Positions 24,873 through 37,158 are shown, counted from the stretch's first letter. The stretch: DNA of 64,000 bases from Squalus acanthias (GCA_030390025.1 CM059425.1:173354001-173418000), one strand, 5' to 3'. Numbers and translations are program-made. The notes: generated by a model from the sequence alone, not told the origin.

Positions 24873-25581
24873 ACTCTAATGATGATCCTGGCTGGCCAAA
24901 TAGTGAGAAGCTACAAGTCCTCTGCTGACAGGCTGCAGGCTGTAGCTGGCTAAACTCAAGCTGTACTCTTATGTACATGCGCGAGTCGCCAAGCTTTTGT
25001 CAACCTGTATCTTAGCTCTCTGGATTTAGGTAAGAGAGTGTGCATTATATATCAGGCTAGCAGAAATTTTACCTGAGTGGATTTCTCATAAATATGGTGA
25101 TGGGTTCTCATTTGGACACTCATTTGACTGTAATAAACTATAGTTTTGAGTTGATTTTTGGTTCCTATGGTGCCTCTTCACATACAATCTAATAAGGGAC
25201 CTCATTTAGATCTGTAATTTATACCCTGTATAGAGTAAGAGTACCAGCAAGGGACTTACCCAGGAGGGTAAGGAAATTGCTGATCCAGGCAAGCATTGCC
25301 TCTCTCGTACACCTTGTAGCAGCCAATTCAGTTTAAGGCCCAGAAGGAGACAATAAATAAGTAAAAATGAGAGCTGAGGACTTCAAAACAGCAAACAAGT
25401 GAAAACAATCTTATTATTTCACTGGTGTTTGACTTAAAAATCCCCAGAACAACAAAGATGAATCCAATAAAAAATTGTAATGACAGTTTTAAAGAATGTT
25501 ACTGTAGTTTTGTGGCAAGTTCCAGATTATTAATTTAAAGTGAGCTCAAATCCTGTCATGAGAAAAACTGAAAGATTGTAT

Positions 25582-28500
25582 GGGCTCGATTTTGCCAGGC
25601 CCGAGGAGGCGGGATTGGAGGCATGTGAGGTGTTAAAATCGCGAAAAATGGTGGGCGGGCCCGATCCCGCCTCCATCCCACCTCCAAGCAATTTTCTCAA
25701 ATGCGAGTTTTCTAACCCTGTCTCCTTCCCGCCTCCAAGAGGCGGGATAGGCCCTTAAGGCCCTTAACAACCAGTTAAGTGCCTCTATAATCACATTTTG
25801 AGAGGCCTTTCTGATTTTAACACTTTTCCCACGTGGATCACGTCTCCTCTGAAACACGCCAGTGAAACCTGGCGGCAGCACAAGTGGAATGCTTACTAAC
25901 AGCTGCAGCTCCACCATTAAAAAGGAGTTTGCAGCAATCTTCATTTGCAGGTGGCAGAACTTTGTTGTCTCAGGTCTGGGGGAACTTTTAGCAGGCATAC
26001 CCATTGTTGTGGAAGTTTGGAGCCTGACACCCATCTCCAGTGTGACCTCCTGGGAAACCCCTCTCGCCACCTTGGCTGAGCGCTTCCTCAACTGAGGCAT
26101 ATACCAGAAGCATGGGAACCATTTATTTCCTTTCCTCCTGGACATCAGATTTGGACAAAGACCAGCCGTGGCAGCAACAGATCCATGAACAACAGCACTA
26201 CCAACAGCAGCAGCAACAACAGGAGCGCCAAGCTGCTGCTCACCCACCTGAAGCTGCACAGGCCAGAAGGCACCAGCGCGCAACCACATTGCTGCCCGAG
26301 ATGCAAGGGACGCACTCATCTTGACCAGATTTGCTTAGCCTGCACAATCAAACACTTTTGCCTCACACCTTCTTATCAGACCATCGACAATGGCCAAGAA
26401 CCTGCGGATTCCTATCACTCTGACCACCATATTGACAATTGCAAGTCATCCTAAGCCCTCAGTGTGGAAGTCCCATTAGCGATATGACAGACACCACGAC
26501 TGCAACAGTTGCCATCAGAATTTTTTATTTACAATAACCAACAGATGGCTTTTCAACATTAAACATGACATTTCACCCAAGTGACTACCCTTGTGACTAC
26601 TTGTGCATTATCTTCTTCTTACGCGTGCTCCTATGTGGTGCTTTCCCTGTGGCTTCAGCAGATGTGGAGGCCCCTTGCTTACTTTCTTGCTGCTCCTGTC
26701 TCGACACCTTTGGCGGGCGTCCTCTGGGGTTGCGAGCCTGTGAGGGCTCGGCAACAGTCTGCTGCTCCTGCGGCTGTGCAGGGGTTGAGACGCCGATCTC
26801 AGTTGGGTGGGGACTCTGGTGGGGCTCTGACCGAGGACTTTGCAGTGGCATGGTCGTGTGCGCGCTTGGAGAGGAGCCCCCACTTCCTTGTTGTCTGCCA
26901 CCAACATCCCTCTCATAGGTCAGCCCCACTTCAGAGCTAGCAAGTGGCTTGACAGCACCTTGCTGCACTTCAGGGGGGCCATGAGGACCCATTTCTGTAC
27001 TGGAAGTCCTACTCCCGAGGACTTGCCTGAAGGTCTGGTTTGTTTGCTCAATAGCTAACCATCGCTCCTCAAGAAATGTCAGTCTATTCTGAACAATGAC
27101 CATGTTTTCCATACCCTGGCGACTAAGCTCCTCGATGTAGCCATCCTCTCCTCTACCGTAGCTATCCTCTCCTCTACGGTAGCCAGCCTTACCATGGAGG
27201 TAGCCATCCTTTCCACGGAGGTTGCCATCCTTTCCATGGTGATGCGTTCATGCGCCAATGCCTCCACAAAGGCTCTGCTCATGTTAGCGATGGACTCCTC
27301 CATTTGCTCCACACTCACAGCGACCCTGGAGACAAAACCTGCCAGAGACTCCTGCACCTCTTTCTGGAGTTGCAGCACCGCTCTTCTTCATGGACCCGGA
27401 GGCAGAGGGTTGACATGCAGCTGAGCCGAGCTGGCAGAGTCCTGCGCCCTCCGACTAGGACTCTCCACTGCTGTCCCTGTCTCCACCATCTGCTGATGCT
27501 CACTTGTGAGCTGTGATACACCAGGTGACAACACTACACTATCTCGCGAAGGTACCACCGAGGTGTGAGTGTCTGCGCTGGTGCAGGGTGCGCTGAATTC
27601 TGCTGACGCTGCGCCCTCAGAGGTTGCAGCTTCCTCTGAGGTGTCTGGAGGCTCAGGCTGTTCCTCCTGGATAGTGGGGACGGGGGCTTTCGATGGTCCT
27701 GTGGGGGAGTAAAGGAAAGAGTCAGAGATGTGAGGCCAAGGTTACATGCACATTGAATATTGCAGATGATCATAAGTCAATCTGTTAGAGCTTCAGAATC
27801 ATTATCAGCGACTCATGCAATGTCAATGAGAGAGATGAAAAACTATTCTGTCACCAGCTTGCTCTGATGCACCCGCCTGTCCGTCACCCACTTGCGCATC
27901 GTCCTCAGCTCCCACGATCTCCAGGGCCGCCTTCTCCCAGGTGGTGAGCTGGGCTACTGAGGGTGGCCCTCCTCCTGTCCTCGCTCTTTCCCTCTTATTA
28001 TGAGCTCTCTTTTCCTGCATTGAGTGAGACAAGTGGAGTTTGAGTGAGAATGAAGGAGTGAGTATAGAGAATCCATAGCATAGATGCCTAGAAGGAGACA
28101 AAGATTCAGTGAAGTGGCAAGACCAAGGGCCCTCCCTGTGTGTTATAAGTTGTATTCATAGCATCACAGCAATAGGAAGTGTGAGGGCTGCATAGTCGAA
28201 TAGTTAAGTGAATGTGACCATACAGAGAGAGGGAATAGGTAAGGGTGCAGGGATGTCAGTGTCAAGTGGGATGTGGAGGAAGAGGTTGTCAAAGCTGAGT
28301 GCTGGTGAGGAGAGGCAATGGGGATCAGATTGAGGGTGATGGGAAAGTCATACTTACTTTTCCAGTGCGCAGAAGGTCATGAAACCTCTTCCTGCACTGC
28401 AGTCAGGTTCTGCGGCACATAGATAAGGAGTTGACCTCCTGGGCCACTTGCATCCACACAGCCTTTGTCTGCTGGGGAGGCTTCTTCCTCCCTGAAGAAG

Positions 28501-28877
28501 GGAAGAGCACCTCCTTATTCCCTCTTGCTCCCTCCACCAGAGCTTGCAGGGCGGCGTCATCAAACCTCGGTGCAGACTTAGGTCTATTGCTGGTCATTTT
28601 GCCTGGAAGAAACTATCAGAGCAAAGGCCAAAAGGTTTGCAGTCTGCAGAAGAAGCAAGGCTGCTTGCAGGCCTTAAATCCAGCAGCATTGATGACGTCA
28701 TCGGAGGCGAGTTTCAGAATGGAAAGACTAATTGGGCCAGGGGTTCCCACACGCTGGAAATCAAGTGTCCAATTAGGGCAAAATCACATATTTTTCCCAC
28801 AGCAAATTGGAGTCAGGTGGCTAACACGAAAAGCGGATGACACGCCCCCAACCCGCTCCAATGACAAAATCGAGCCC
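25582..28877. mobile_element. Internally deleted Harbinger (element B): Myb pseudogene kept, transposase core lost
   Basis: Perfect 13-bp TIR GGGCTCGATTTTG and TSD TAT. Only the transposase N-terminus remains (26112-~26315, matching the start at 55822). Confidence 0.9.
26597..28597 (-). pseudogene. Harbinger Myb/SANT pseudogene; exons 28597-28358, 28014-27855, 27698-26597
   Basis: APRFDD..LQALV...W.QVA; EKRAHNKRERARTGGG; in-frame stop at 28403 and further disruptions in exon 3. Confidence 0.85.
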
Positions 28878-28931
28878 TATGTGTCCAATAAAGATCACTA
28901 TAAATACAGTAGGTGGTAATAAGCCTTAAAT

Positions 28932-29334
28932 ATTCCCTCCCTCCACCATCGGTGTACTGTGTCTGCAGTGTGTACCATCTACAAGATGCACTGCAGCAAC
29001 TCGCCAAGGCTTCTTCGGCAGCACCTCCCAAACCTGCGACCTCTTCCACCTAGAAGGACAAGAGCAACAGGTGCTTGGGAACACCACCACCTCCAAGTTC
29101 CCCTCCAAGTCACACACCATCCTGACATGGAAGTATATCGCCGATCCTTCATCGTCGCTGGGTCAAAATCCTGGAACTCCCTCCCTAACAGCACTGTGGG
29201 AGTACCATCACCACACGGACTGCAGCGTTTCAAGAAGGTGGCTCACCACCACTTTCTCAAGGGCAATTAGGGATGGGCAATAAATGCTGGCCTTGCCAGC
29301 GACGCCTACATCCCATGAACGAATAAAAAAAAAA
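28932..29334 (+). mobile_element. Non-LTR retrotransposon 3' fragment with poly(A)
   Basis: ORF2-like end SFIVAGSKSWNSLPNSTV...FKKVAHHH, then AATAAA and an A-tail; second copy on the minus strand near 34995-35295. Confidence 0.75.
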
Positions 29335-29937
29335 CAGGTGAAGACAGAAAAAGTGGCAATAGGTAGGAGTCGATCAGAAAAGTTACATTATCAAATTTTT
29401 TTTATAGAGTGGATTGCTCATGGATTGAAAATAATTTGAAGTTCTAGAAAAATGTCAAGTCAAAATTATAAATAAGTATAGACAATGGCCCAGAAATTAA
29501 ACTCTGACTGTTCACGCGGGGGTAAGGAGCCGTCTGCCGTTTCCCTTTTTCCACGCAGGAACTTGATGTTTTTTGAGCTGCAGTGCAGGGCAGCGTATGA
29601 CGTCACACCGCCCTGCAGCGCAGCGTGCGCGTTTCATCGCGTGCGATGTCGAGTGAAGACACGCCCTTGAAGGTCTCTTTACCATAGGCCACGCCCCCAA
29701 TTTTTTATTCAATTCAATGGAGTTACACAGCAGCTGAAGGCACAATTCTAACAGTGGTAGACGTGGCAGTTAAAGTAAGTTGCATTTAAATGCATGTTTT
29801 GAAAACTTTTAAAGATTTTTAGATGAATTGAAGTAATTTTAAACAGTTGCAAAGAGATTTAAAGTAATTTAAATAGTTTTAAAAGCCCTGAAATCATTTT
29901 TTTCATTGATTTTACTGTTTATAATCAGCAAACGGAA

Positions 29938-32040
29938 ATGGCTGCTATCAGCAATATCCAATTTATCAAAAGAACACAAAATTTCAGTGATGATGATCTC
30001 CGCACACTTCTCGACGAGGTCGATGCGAAGCGATTAAGGATCATTGGAACTGAGAAGTCCAAACCGCCTCGAAAAGGCCAAATGGCAGCGTGGAAAGAGG
30101 TTGCTCAAAGTGTGACCGCAACCTCGACCATTCCTTGTACAGCTGAACAATGTCGCAAAAAATTCAGTGATTTATTGCGAACGCTCAAGGTTTGTATAGT
30201 TATAACAAAAGTCAATGTTAAAATGTCTTTAAATTTAAAATGAAAAACTTTTAAACAGTGTTTGTTTGCTAAGCTGAGTTAACTGAAGTCACAAGATGCT
30301 GCCATAAATTTTTATGAGAAGTCGCACAACACCAGGTTATAGTCCAACAGTTTTATTTGAAATCACAAGCTTTCGGAGCTATCGATCGCCCCTTCCTCAG
30401 GTGAAGTAAAGAGATACAGAATCGCCAAAGCATATATAGATAGAGAACAATGCATGTGTTACTTACAAAAGCAGACGACTACATTTAAATCACCCTGACT
30501 GTTTATCTGCCGAGGTGTGACAAAAGGCAATCAGGTCACATCAAAGACATAGCAAGATACAACTGAGACAATGAGGTGGAGCCACAGGGGGTCCAATGTG
30601 TCAAAAGCCGCAGTATGGGAAACGATAAACTTTAAAATGCTTACTTTTTTACTGGGAATCACATCTGTTAACAAGCCAACGACGACTCGAGTCTGGATCA
30701 CGTCATGTATCGTGACATAAACCCAAGATCCCGGCTCCGAAAGCTTGTGATTTCAAATAAAACTGTTGGACTATAACCTGGTGTTGTGCGACTTCTCATT
30801 TTTGTCCACCCCAGTCCAACACCGGCATCTCCGCATCATGACCATAAATTTTTATGGCTTTTGTAGCCAGTCAAGTGTCATAAAATGCTAATGTTATCTT
30901 GATTCCAATGCTTTGAGTTGCTTACTGAGTTAACTGTGTGAGTGCCAATGCAGTTTTGGTGTAAAAACCCTTACATTTCAGATTTTCATTTTCAATTTTA
31001 GAGTAAAACTGCTCACAACGCCAGAGAACGTGCACTGACAGGCAGTGGTGTTGTCATGTTAAGGGCTTTAACCGAACATGAGGAAAGGCTCGAGCATATG
31101 TTTGGATATCTTCGCGGATTTCCCTTTGAAACTGAACAAATCGACAGAGGTGATGTGCGCTGAATATCAGCTTCTGTGATGTGGCACATCATGCTTTACC
31201 TTTGCTAATCTTTACTGTTTCCTTTACATAGGTTTACAGCAGACTTCTCAGTCACGGGATGAGCAGTGCGTTGAGTCTGCAGCCGAAGAGGTCATTGGTG
31301 AAGGGCATGTCGAGCCAGTGGGAGATGCGAGTGAGGTGGTGGTGGAGGAGCAGCAAGAGGAAATTGTTGCTGAATTGGATATGGAGGTTCTGGAATCTGG
31401 GTTGCTGGAGAGGTCCTCTCCATCTTCCTCTCCAACTCCTGGCCCCTCTGGCTCTGTGCTAAACAGACAGCAGCTTGATACTGCAGTGCATGTGGGAGAC
31501 ACAGATATATATGCAACAGAACAGGAGTTACAGGGTCACATCCACCATCTTGAAGGGTTGAGGCAATCGATGTCTTCTCTTACAGAGAAAGAAGTTGAGT
31601 GTCTTGCCTCGGTCAAGCAGGGAGTGAAATGTCTGTGCGTGTCATTTAATGAAATGAAAGAGTCTATCATTGGTCAAAATCTGGGAATGGAGCTTAAGAA
31701 AATAAATGAGTCTCTTGTTGGACTCTTGCAGAAACCTGATTTGGGAATGGAGCTTAAGAAAATAAATGAGTCTCTTGTTGGACTCATGCAAATAATTTCT
31801 GCTGCCATTACTGTGATTCCCTCAGAACCAACCTTACCTGCTCCCAGCGCAGAATCAGTGCAGGTCCAAGAGCCAGCTGCTCCGCCTGTGATGATGCAAG
31901 CAAACATTGCCTTGCAGCAGCAGCAGCAACAACCCTGTCAGGAGGCAATTGCTGAAGGGCAAGAGACGGCAAGCAGGGCCGTTTCAAGTCGCAGCACAGG
32001 GCACCGGTCACGGGGAGCGGCAAAGTGCAAGAGACAGTAG
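29938..32040 (+). CDS. Harbinger Myb/SANT protein; exons 29938-30189, 31002-31149, 31232-32040 (402 aa)
   Basis: NFSDDDL..LL...W.EVA...QCRKKFSDL; exon 2 SKTAHNARERALTGSG. Same intron phases as element A; the exon 2 donor (GTGATG) is weak. Confidence 0.8.
30317..30841. mobile_element. Penelope-derived insertion with inverted terminal copies, in Myb intron 1
   Basis: 15-bp TSD CCATAAATTTTTATG (30302-30316, 30842-30856). Minus-strand terminus on the left, plus-strand terminus on the right. Confidence 0.88.
30363..30404 (-). ncRNA. Minimal hammerhead ribozyme
   Basis: Minus strand reads TCAC-CTGAGGA-A-GGGGC-GATCGATA-GCTCC-GAAA-GC-TT-GTGA. Confidence 0.72.
31680..31790 (+). repeat. In-frame 60-bp (20-aa) tandem duplication in Myb exon 3
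   Basis: LGMELKKINESLVGL(L/M)Q occurs twice. Confidence 0.9.
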
Positions 32041-32591
32041 GGTGTTGCATTTTCCACAATGCACATCCATTGACCCTCAGGCATAGTTTCGAGCAGGTAA
32101 ATTTTTCAATTGTTTAATTTTTCGTTTTATTTAAAAGTTACATGTTTTCATTTTTTTAAATTTAAATATATATTTGACACTGAAACTGTAAGTAAACTTT
32201 TGATTGAAAAAGTACAGCCTCTATTCACTTTTAAAAAATTCAAATTGTTTATTTGCACAAAAAAATTGAACATTAAAACTGTTTTACATTTAGGAAAGAG
32301 TTATTTTCCATCTTGAATGTCTTTATTGCATTAACGAAGCAAAAAATTAAGTCAGAACTGTTTACAAATTTTTTTATAACCTATTTCTGTTTACGATTGT
32401 TTACAAAGTTGAAAAGTAGCTAGTTAACATTGAAAAGTTATAAACTATGTACATCAACACTGAACCTCAGAAGTCTATAATGCTGCAATAAAAGAGCACT
32501 GTTTCACTTTAAATTGTGTCTGTACCTTTATTTGCCTTGCTGGGGGAGAGGGAGAGGGAAGGGGAGGGGGAGGGGGAGGTACAAGGCGACA

Positions 32592-33740
32592 CTACCTCGT
32601 GAAGGTGTTGGCTACCAGCTGCTCCCAAACAGCCTTACTTTGAGCAGCAGTTGGCTCTTCCCCATCAGGCCTTCCCACAGGCACATTGGCATTGTCCACG
32701 TCCTCCATTTCTGCAGGTAGTTCATCTGCAGCATTAAGGGTCAGTCCTTCCCGCAGGGCAAAGTTATGCAAAGCACAACAGACCACCACAATCTTTGCCA
32801 CTTTCAGAGGAGAATACTGCAAGGTCCCCCCTGACCTGTCCAGGCACCGGAAGCGTGATTTCAGAACTCCGATTGTCCTCTCCACCACTTGCCGTGTGGA
32901 CACGTGTGCCTGGTTGTATCTCTCCTGAGCCTCATTATTGGTCTTGCGGTAGGGAGTCATCAGCCATGGTCTTAGCGGGTAGCCCTTGTCGCCCAATATC
33001 CATGCGGATCCTAGAGGCAATGCGTTGAGGGCGCCATATAAGTTCGAGTTACGGAGGACGAAGGAGTCATGATTACTTCCACGGTTACTTGCATTCACAT
33101 TTAAGATCCTGAGATGCGCATCACAGACAATCTGGACATTCAATGAATGAAACCCCTTCCTGTTGATAAATGTCACAGGTGCAACCCCTGGTGCCTTCAA
33201 TGCTACATGGGTTCCATCGACAGCCCCAATCACTTTGGGGAATCCAGCAATGTTATGAAATGCAAGCGCCATCTCCTTTTGATGGCGAGCGGACAAGTCA
33301 TAGTTAATGAACTCAGAAGCCCTACGGAAAATGGCTTCTGTGACCTGGTGAATGCAGGCCCTCGCAGCATTCTTGGATATGTTGGAAATGTCACCGGTGC
33401 TTGCCTGAAAAGTCCCACTTGCAAAGAAGTTCAGTGCTGTGGTTACCTTCATGCTCACTGACAATGCAGTGCGGCTCTTCGAGTGTGTTTGAAGGTCCTC
33501 CTTTAACATGTCACAGATTCGGCCAATTGACTCTTTACTGAAGCGCAGCCTCCTCACACACAACTCCTCCGACAGCATCTCAAATGACAGCCTCTCCCTG
33601 TGCACTCTATTTGGTGGGTAGTAGTTTCTCCTTCTCACGAGGAGACGGGCTTGGTTCCTCCGTCTGTTTTGTTGTCTGGTGTCAAAAATTCTCTGATACA
33701 AAATCCCACAGAGGAACAGGAATTGATTGTGAAAGGGCAT
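32592..33740 (-). CDS. Harbinger DDE transposase (HARBI1-like), intact 382 aa
   Basis: [30 protein letters not shown] and VERTIGVLKSRFRCL motifs. Confidence 0.95.
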   Translation of the reverse strand: MPFHNQFLFLCGILYQRIFDTRQQNRRRNQARLLVRRRNYYPPNRVHRERLSFEMLSEELCVRRLRFSKESIGRICDMLKEDLQTHSKSRTALSVSMKVTTALNFFASGTFQASTGDISNISKNAARACIHQVTEAIFRRASEFINYDLSARHQKEMALAFHNIAGFPKVIGAVDGTHVALKAPGVAPVTFINRKGFHSLNVQIVCDAHLRILNVNASNRGSNHDSFVLRNSNLYGALNALPLGSAWILGDKGYPLRPWLMTPYRKTNNEAQERYNQAHVSTRQVVERTIGVLKSRFRCLDRSGGTLQYSPLKVAKIVVVCCALHNFALREGLTLNAADELPAEMEDVDNANVPVGRPDGEEPTAAQSKAVWEQLVANTFTR

Positions 33741-34994
33741 CTTTCTCCCTCACAGGCTTCCTCTTCAAACAGAAAGTTGTAATGAAAAAATGGAAATAGT
33801 TGTTAAAGTAACTTTAGTAAAGTGAGTGGCTATAAAATCAGGTCGGGCTATGGTGGGAAGCGTGCGCTATCGGATTGGGAACACGTCTCCCCGCCACACG
33901 GCCCTAGTTGATTTTCCAGAACTGTAACATTTTCATAAATTAATGCATACATACATACATACATACTTACTTACTCATTTTCATCTTTAAAACTTTTTGA
34001 AATGTAAATAGTTCATTTTTAAACATTCATTTTCACATTTATGATAGATACCTAAATCAATATGCCACAGTTGCTATACTACTCCAAATGGTCAAACCCC
34101 GTTTTTAAACTTTTTTTAAAATTGCAAACTTACCTAAGACTTTGGTGGCTTTCAGATTAAAAAAACTCACTTCAGTAGCCCCACTGCAAAAGGATTTATT
34201 CCTCCTGCTGTCTCTGGATCTTCAAAAATGGCTTACTCCTGCTTTTTACATGTGTAACTGCTAGGAGCTTACACACACTACCACCATTCAGAAAAATATT
34301 AAAGTTCAGGACGCACGCGCAGAATCTCCGGCCCACGCGATTCCACGGAGATAGATACCTGCAGGTGAAGCCACATGAAGTGCTGGTTTTCAGCGCATGC
34401 GCAGTGCATGCAGAAAACCGGCAATTGGAGACAGAATACGCGAGAGTACACAGTGCGTACTCTCGCGTACTAAGACTAATTTTTGGGCCAATAAATGGGG
34501 TCCAACTCATGCTAAAAAGCAGTTTCAATAAATTATATGGCTTGCAGAAAAAGAAAATGTGTGAAAGGCTCCTTGCTTGTGAAAATTTTCATCACTTTTG
34601 TTAATTCTGTATCGAGGTAAATTATTATAAATCCTAGGGTTTCAATTTATTTAAACAATATGTATTATACTGTTCATAAACATATTGGGGAAGATTTTCA
34701 TCTTTATCACCTGGGCATTCAGCATTACCTGGACTGAATGCGGAAATGAAGATCTGGTGTGGAGGATCACACACCCCTTACAGAATACAATGGATTTTCC
34801 TTCCATTATTTTAACTGGAAGGAAAATCAAGCCGGTTCTGTTCCGATCCAGCCTATACAATTAACTTCACTGTGCTCAATTTAGATGATACTTAATGCTT
34901 ACATGGTAAAGACAGCAACCTACTAATTGCTTAAGTTGTGTTCTTTATTTGCATTGACAATTTGCAGTAATTAGCATTTAAGTAAATTTATTTG

Positions 34995-35295
34995 TATTCA
35001 TTCTCGGAATGTGGGCATCACTGACAAGCCCGGCATTTATTGCCCATCCCTAGTTTCCCTTGAGAAGCTGGTGGTGTGTCTTCTTCTTGAACTGCTGCAG
35101 TCTGTGTTGTGAAGGCACTCACACAGTGCTATTAGGGAGGGAGTTCCAGGATTTTGAGCCAGCAACAATGAAGGAACAGCGATATACTTCGAAATCAGGG
35201 AATGTGACTTGGAGGGGAAATTGGAGATGATGATATTCCCATGCACCTGCTGCCCTTGTCCCATTAGGTGGTGTAGTTTCCTCGTTTGGGAGGTG
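34995..35295 (-). mobile_element. Non-LTR retrotransposon 3' fragment (same family as 28932-29334)
   Basis: Reverse-complement similarity to 29050-29330. Confidence 0.7.
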
Positions 35296-35629
35296 TGACC
35301 TGTGTTTAATTGCATCCTTATTGCTTAAATATATTTGTGACCTGGCCCCCTTTATATGGAAAACTCTGGAAGCAATAAAGCTTCATTACTCAGGGTTGCA
35401 GCCCTCAGTGTATGAGAAAGGAGGGCAATTTGCTCAGAAAATAGATAGTCCTTCCCCCACCCCCATGTACTTGACAGAATAAATCAAAATGAGCCACATT
35501 TAACTGTAATGGTGGCTTTAATATTATAAAAACTGAACAGTAAATGGAATCATATTCTTCAGATTCGTACAGGCAACAGAGTTACGAGTGTATTAATATT
35601 TCAGCTCATTGATCAAGTGCCCAGTCCCA

Positions 35630-35742
35630 ACACGTTAACTCCTCTGTTCTCTTCACAGATGCTGACTGACCTGCTGATTATTTCCAGAATTTTCTGTTTT
35701 TACTTCAAATTCCTAGCATCTGCAGTTTTTTATTTTTCTTTA
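35630..35742 (+). mobile_element. Penelope-like terminal remnant
   Basis: ACGTTAACTC...CACAGATGCTGACTGACCTGCTG matches 24805-24870 and the reverse complement of 59830-59930. Confidence 0.65.
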
Positions 35743-36429
35743 GAGTTACATGTGTGTTGGGGCAGGGATGTGCATCCATCAGGAGAATTAATTTGGAGAT
35801 CTGTGACATCTGACACATTAATACAAATAAACTTTGTAGAAAGATGCACCAATTATACAAAACAGTCAAACAATACATTAGTTCAGATTCTATTGATACC
35901 TCAAACATATCTAATCATAATACATTGTTTATAGTAGACAAACAGAATTGTGTTACAGATAAAATGGTACAATTATTACACACCCAAACAAAATGCTCAT
36001 CAGACATGAGGTAGAAATATACCTTTGGGAGAAATACTTTCTTATTCACAAAAATAGTCTTAAAACTGAATGCTTGAATAATTGTCAAAAGCCCACACAT
36101 GAAACAGAAGATGAGGATGATGTAACAACATTCCTGTTGATTGACCAAATTTACATGTCAAAAGTGACACATTTTTATTTGAATTCAAGGGGAGGTGGAA
36201 AGGTGAAAGTTGGTTTGTGAAAGGCTGGAAAATTTAATCAAATTAAACACCTCTTCATTCATGAATAATAATGTTTATCTTGCTTGTCAGGATGTGGGGG
36301 AACAGTGTGATACATCGGTGCTTTTCTCTAATCCTGAAGTCCGATTGGCAGCTCGGAATGTGTAGATTACAGCACGAAGAGTGAATCTGGAATATAAAGG
36401 TGTATGACTACCTGTTTGGGTGGTTCCGT

Positions 36430-36460
36430 GGGGGCGTCCAATAAACAGTATAAATAAGTA
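36430..36460 (+). promoter_or_regulatory. Putative Pol II core promoter of the TSLP-like gene
   Basis: GC-box-like GGGGCGT, CCAAT at 36438-36442 and TATAAATA at 36449-36456, about 70 bp upstream of the ATG. Confidence 0.55.
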
Positions 36461-36521
36461 TACTGGAGCGGCAGTCTTCTTCATCCCTTCCATCAGCAAA
36501 CGGTTCGTCACTGGCTCCAAA

Positions 36522-36525
36522 ATGG
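36522..36525 (+). CDS. TSLP: TSLP-like cytokine, exon 1 coding part (ATG G)
   Basis: AAAATGG Kozak context followed by donor GTACGT; the G completes Val with the TC starting exon 2. Confidence 0.65.
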
Positions 36526-36685
36526 GTACGTCACCCTTGACTAGAGAAGTAGCAGGCTGTAATGAGAATGGAGAGTATTTGGTGGGGTTCAGTGTTCAGC
36601 AGTGTAACTTATTTGAAACAATAAAATAAGTTAATAGGACATTTCCATCGGTCATATAAATCTTCTTGTTTCTTTTACCTGACAG

Positions 36686-36810
36686 TCGCTTTGAGGTGCA
36701 TCATCTTTATCCAGGTTGTATTCGTGTTTGCGCAAAAGAAGACCACCGACTTCACACGTTGCAACCAAACAGCACTGAAACAGGACCAACGTACCGTTTT
36801 TGACAACGTG
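36686..36810 (+). CDS. TSLP: TSLP-like cytokine, exon 2 (signal peptide and helix A)
   Basis: Pyrimidine tract-CAG acceptor, GTAAGA donor. (V)ALRCIIFIQVVFVFAQKKTTDFTRCNQTALKQDQRTVFDNV resembles mouse MVLLRSLFILQV and human DFTNC as I recall them. Confidence 0.78.
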
Positions 36811-37158
36811 GTAAGAGATTTCATACTAAATGCAATTATAGTTCACTGGGATTACAGGCCATGTGTATGAGGAGTACTGAGTATCTATTAATTGTTAAAA
36901 TGTGAACCCGTCCATCGCGAATAAAGCTGAGCCTTTGTAGAGAAAATGCAAGAATGGGCGAAATGTGCCCTCTCCAGTTGAGCCTCAGGCGATGGAGTTA
37001 CTGCACAGCTTTCCACATGAGTACCTCTTTACAACTCTGTAATATAGTACAGTATATCCATACATTGGACCATTAAAACATGTGTTGTGCTGACAGTCTA
37101 AATGATGTAGCTAGAAAAAGAATTGATAACGAACCGATTATTTTCTCTCTTTATTTAG

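Larger units (their letters stand above)
29487..34489. mobile_element. Apparently intact autonomous PIF/Harbinger transposon (element C)
   Basis: TIRs GGCCCAGAAATTA / TAATTTTTGGGCC, TSD AAT, convergent Myb/SANT and transposase genes. Confidence 0.92.

Noticed and set aside
23740..25560. Possible host exons or conserved elements outside the Penelope fragment
   Set aside because: I could not build a consistent splice and reading-frame model or recognise a family by eye.
17118..31790. CRISPR-like arrays
   Set aside because: Only two-copy tandem duplications without spacers, in eukaryotic DNA with no cas genes.
18937..33740. Host genes HARBI1 or NAIF1
   Set aside because: Both transposases lie within TIR-bounded elements with partner Myb genes, so they are transposons; no symbol assigned.
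35555..35595. Extra upstream exon of the cytokine gene
   Set aside because: An acceptor-like TTCTTCAG is present but there is no convincing donor, and it lies upstream of the TATA and ATG.
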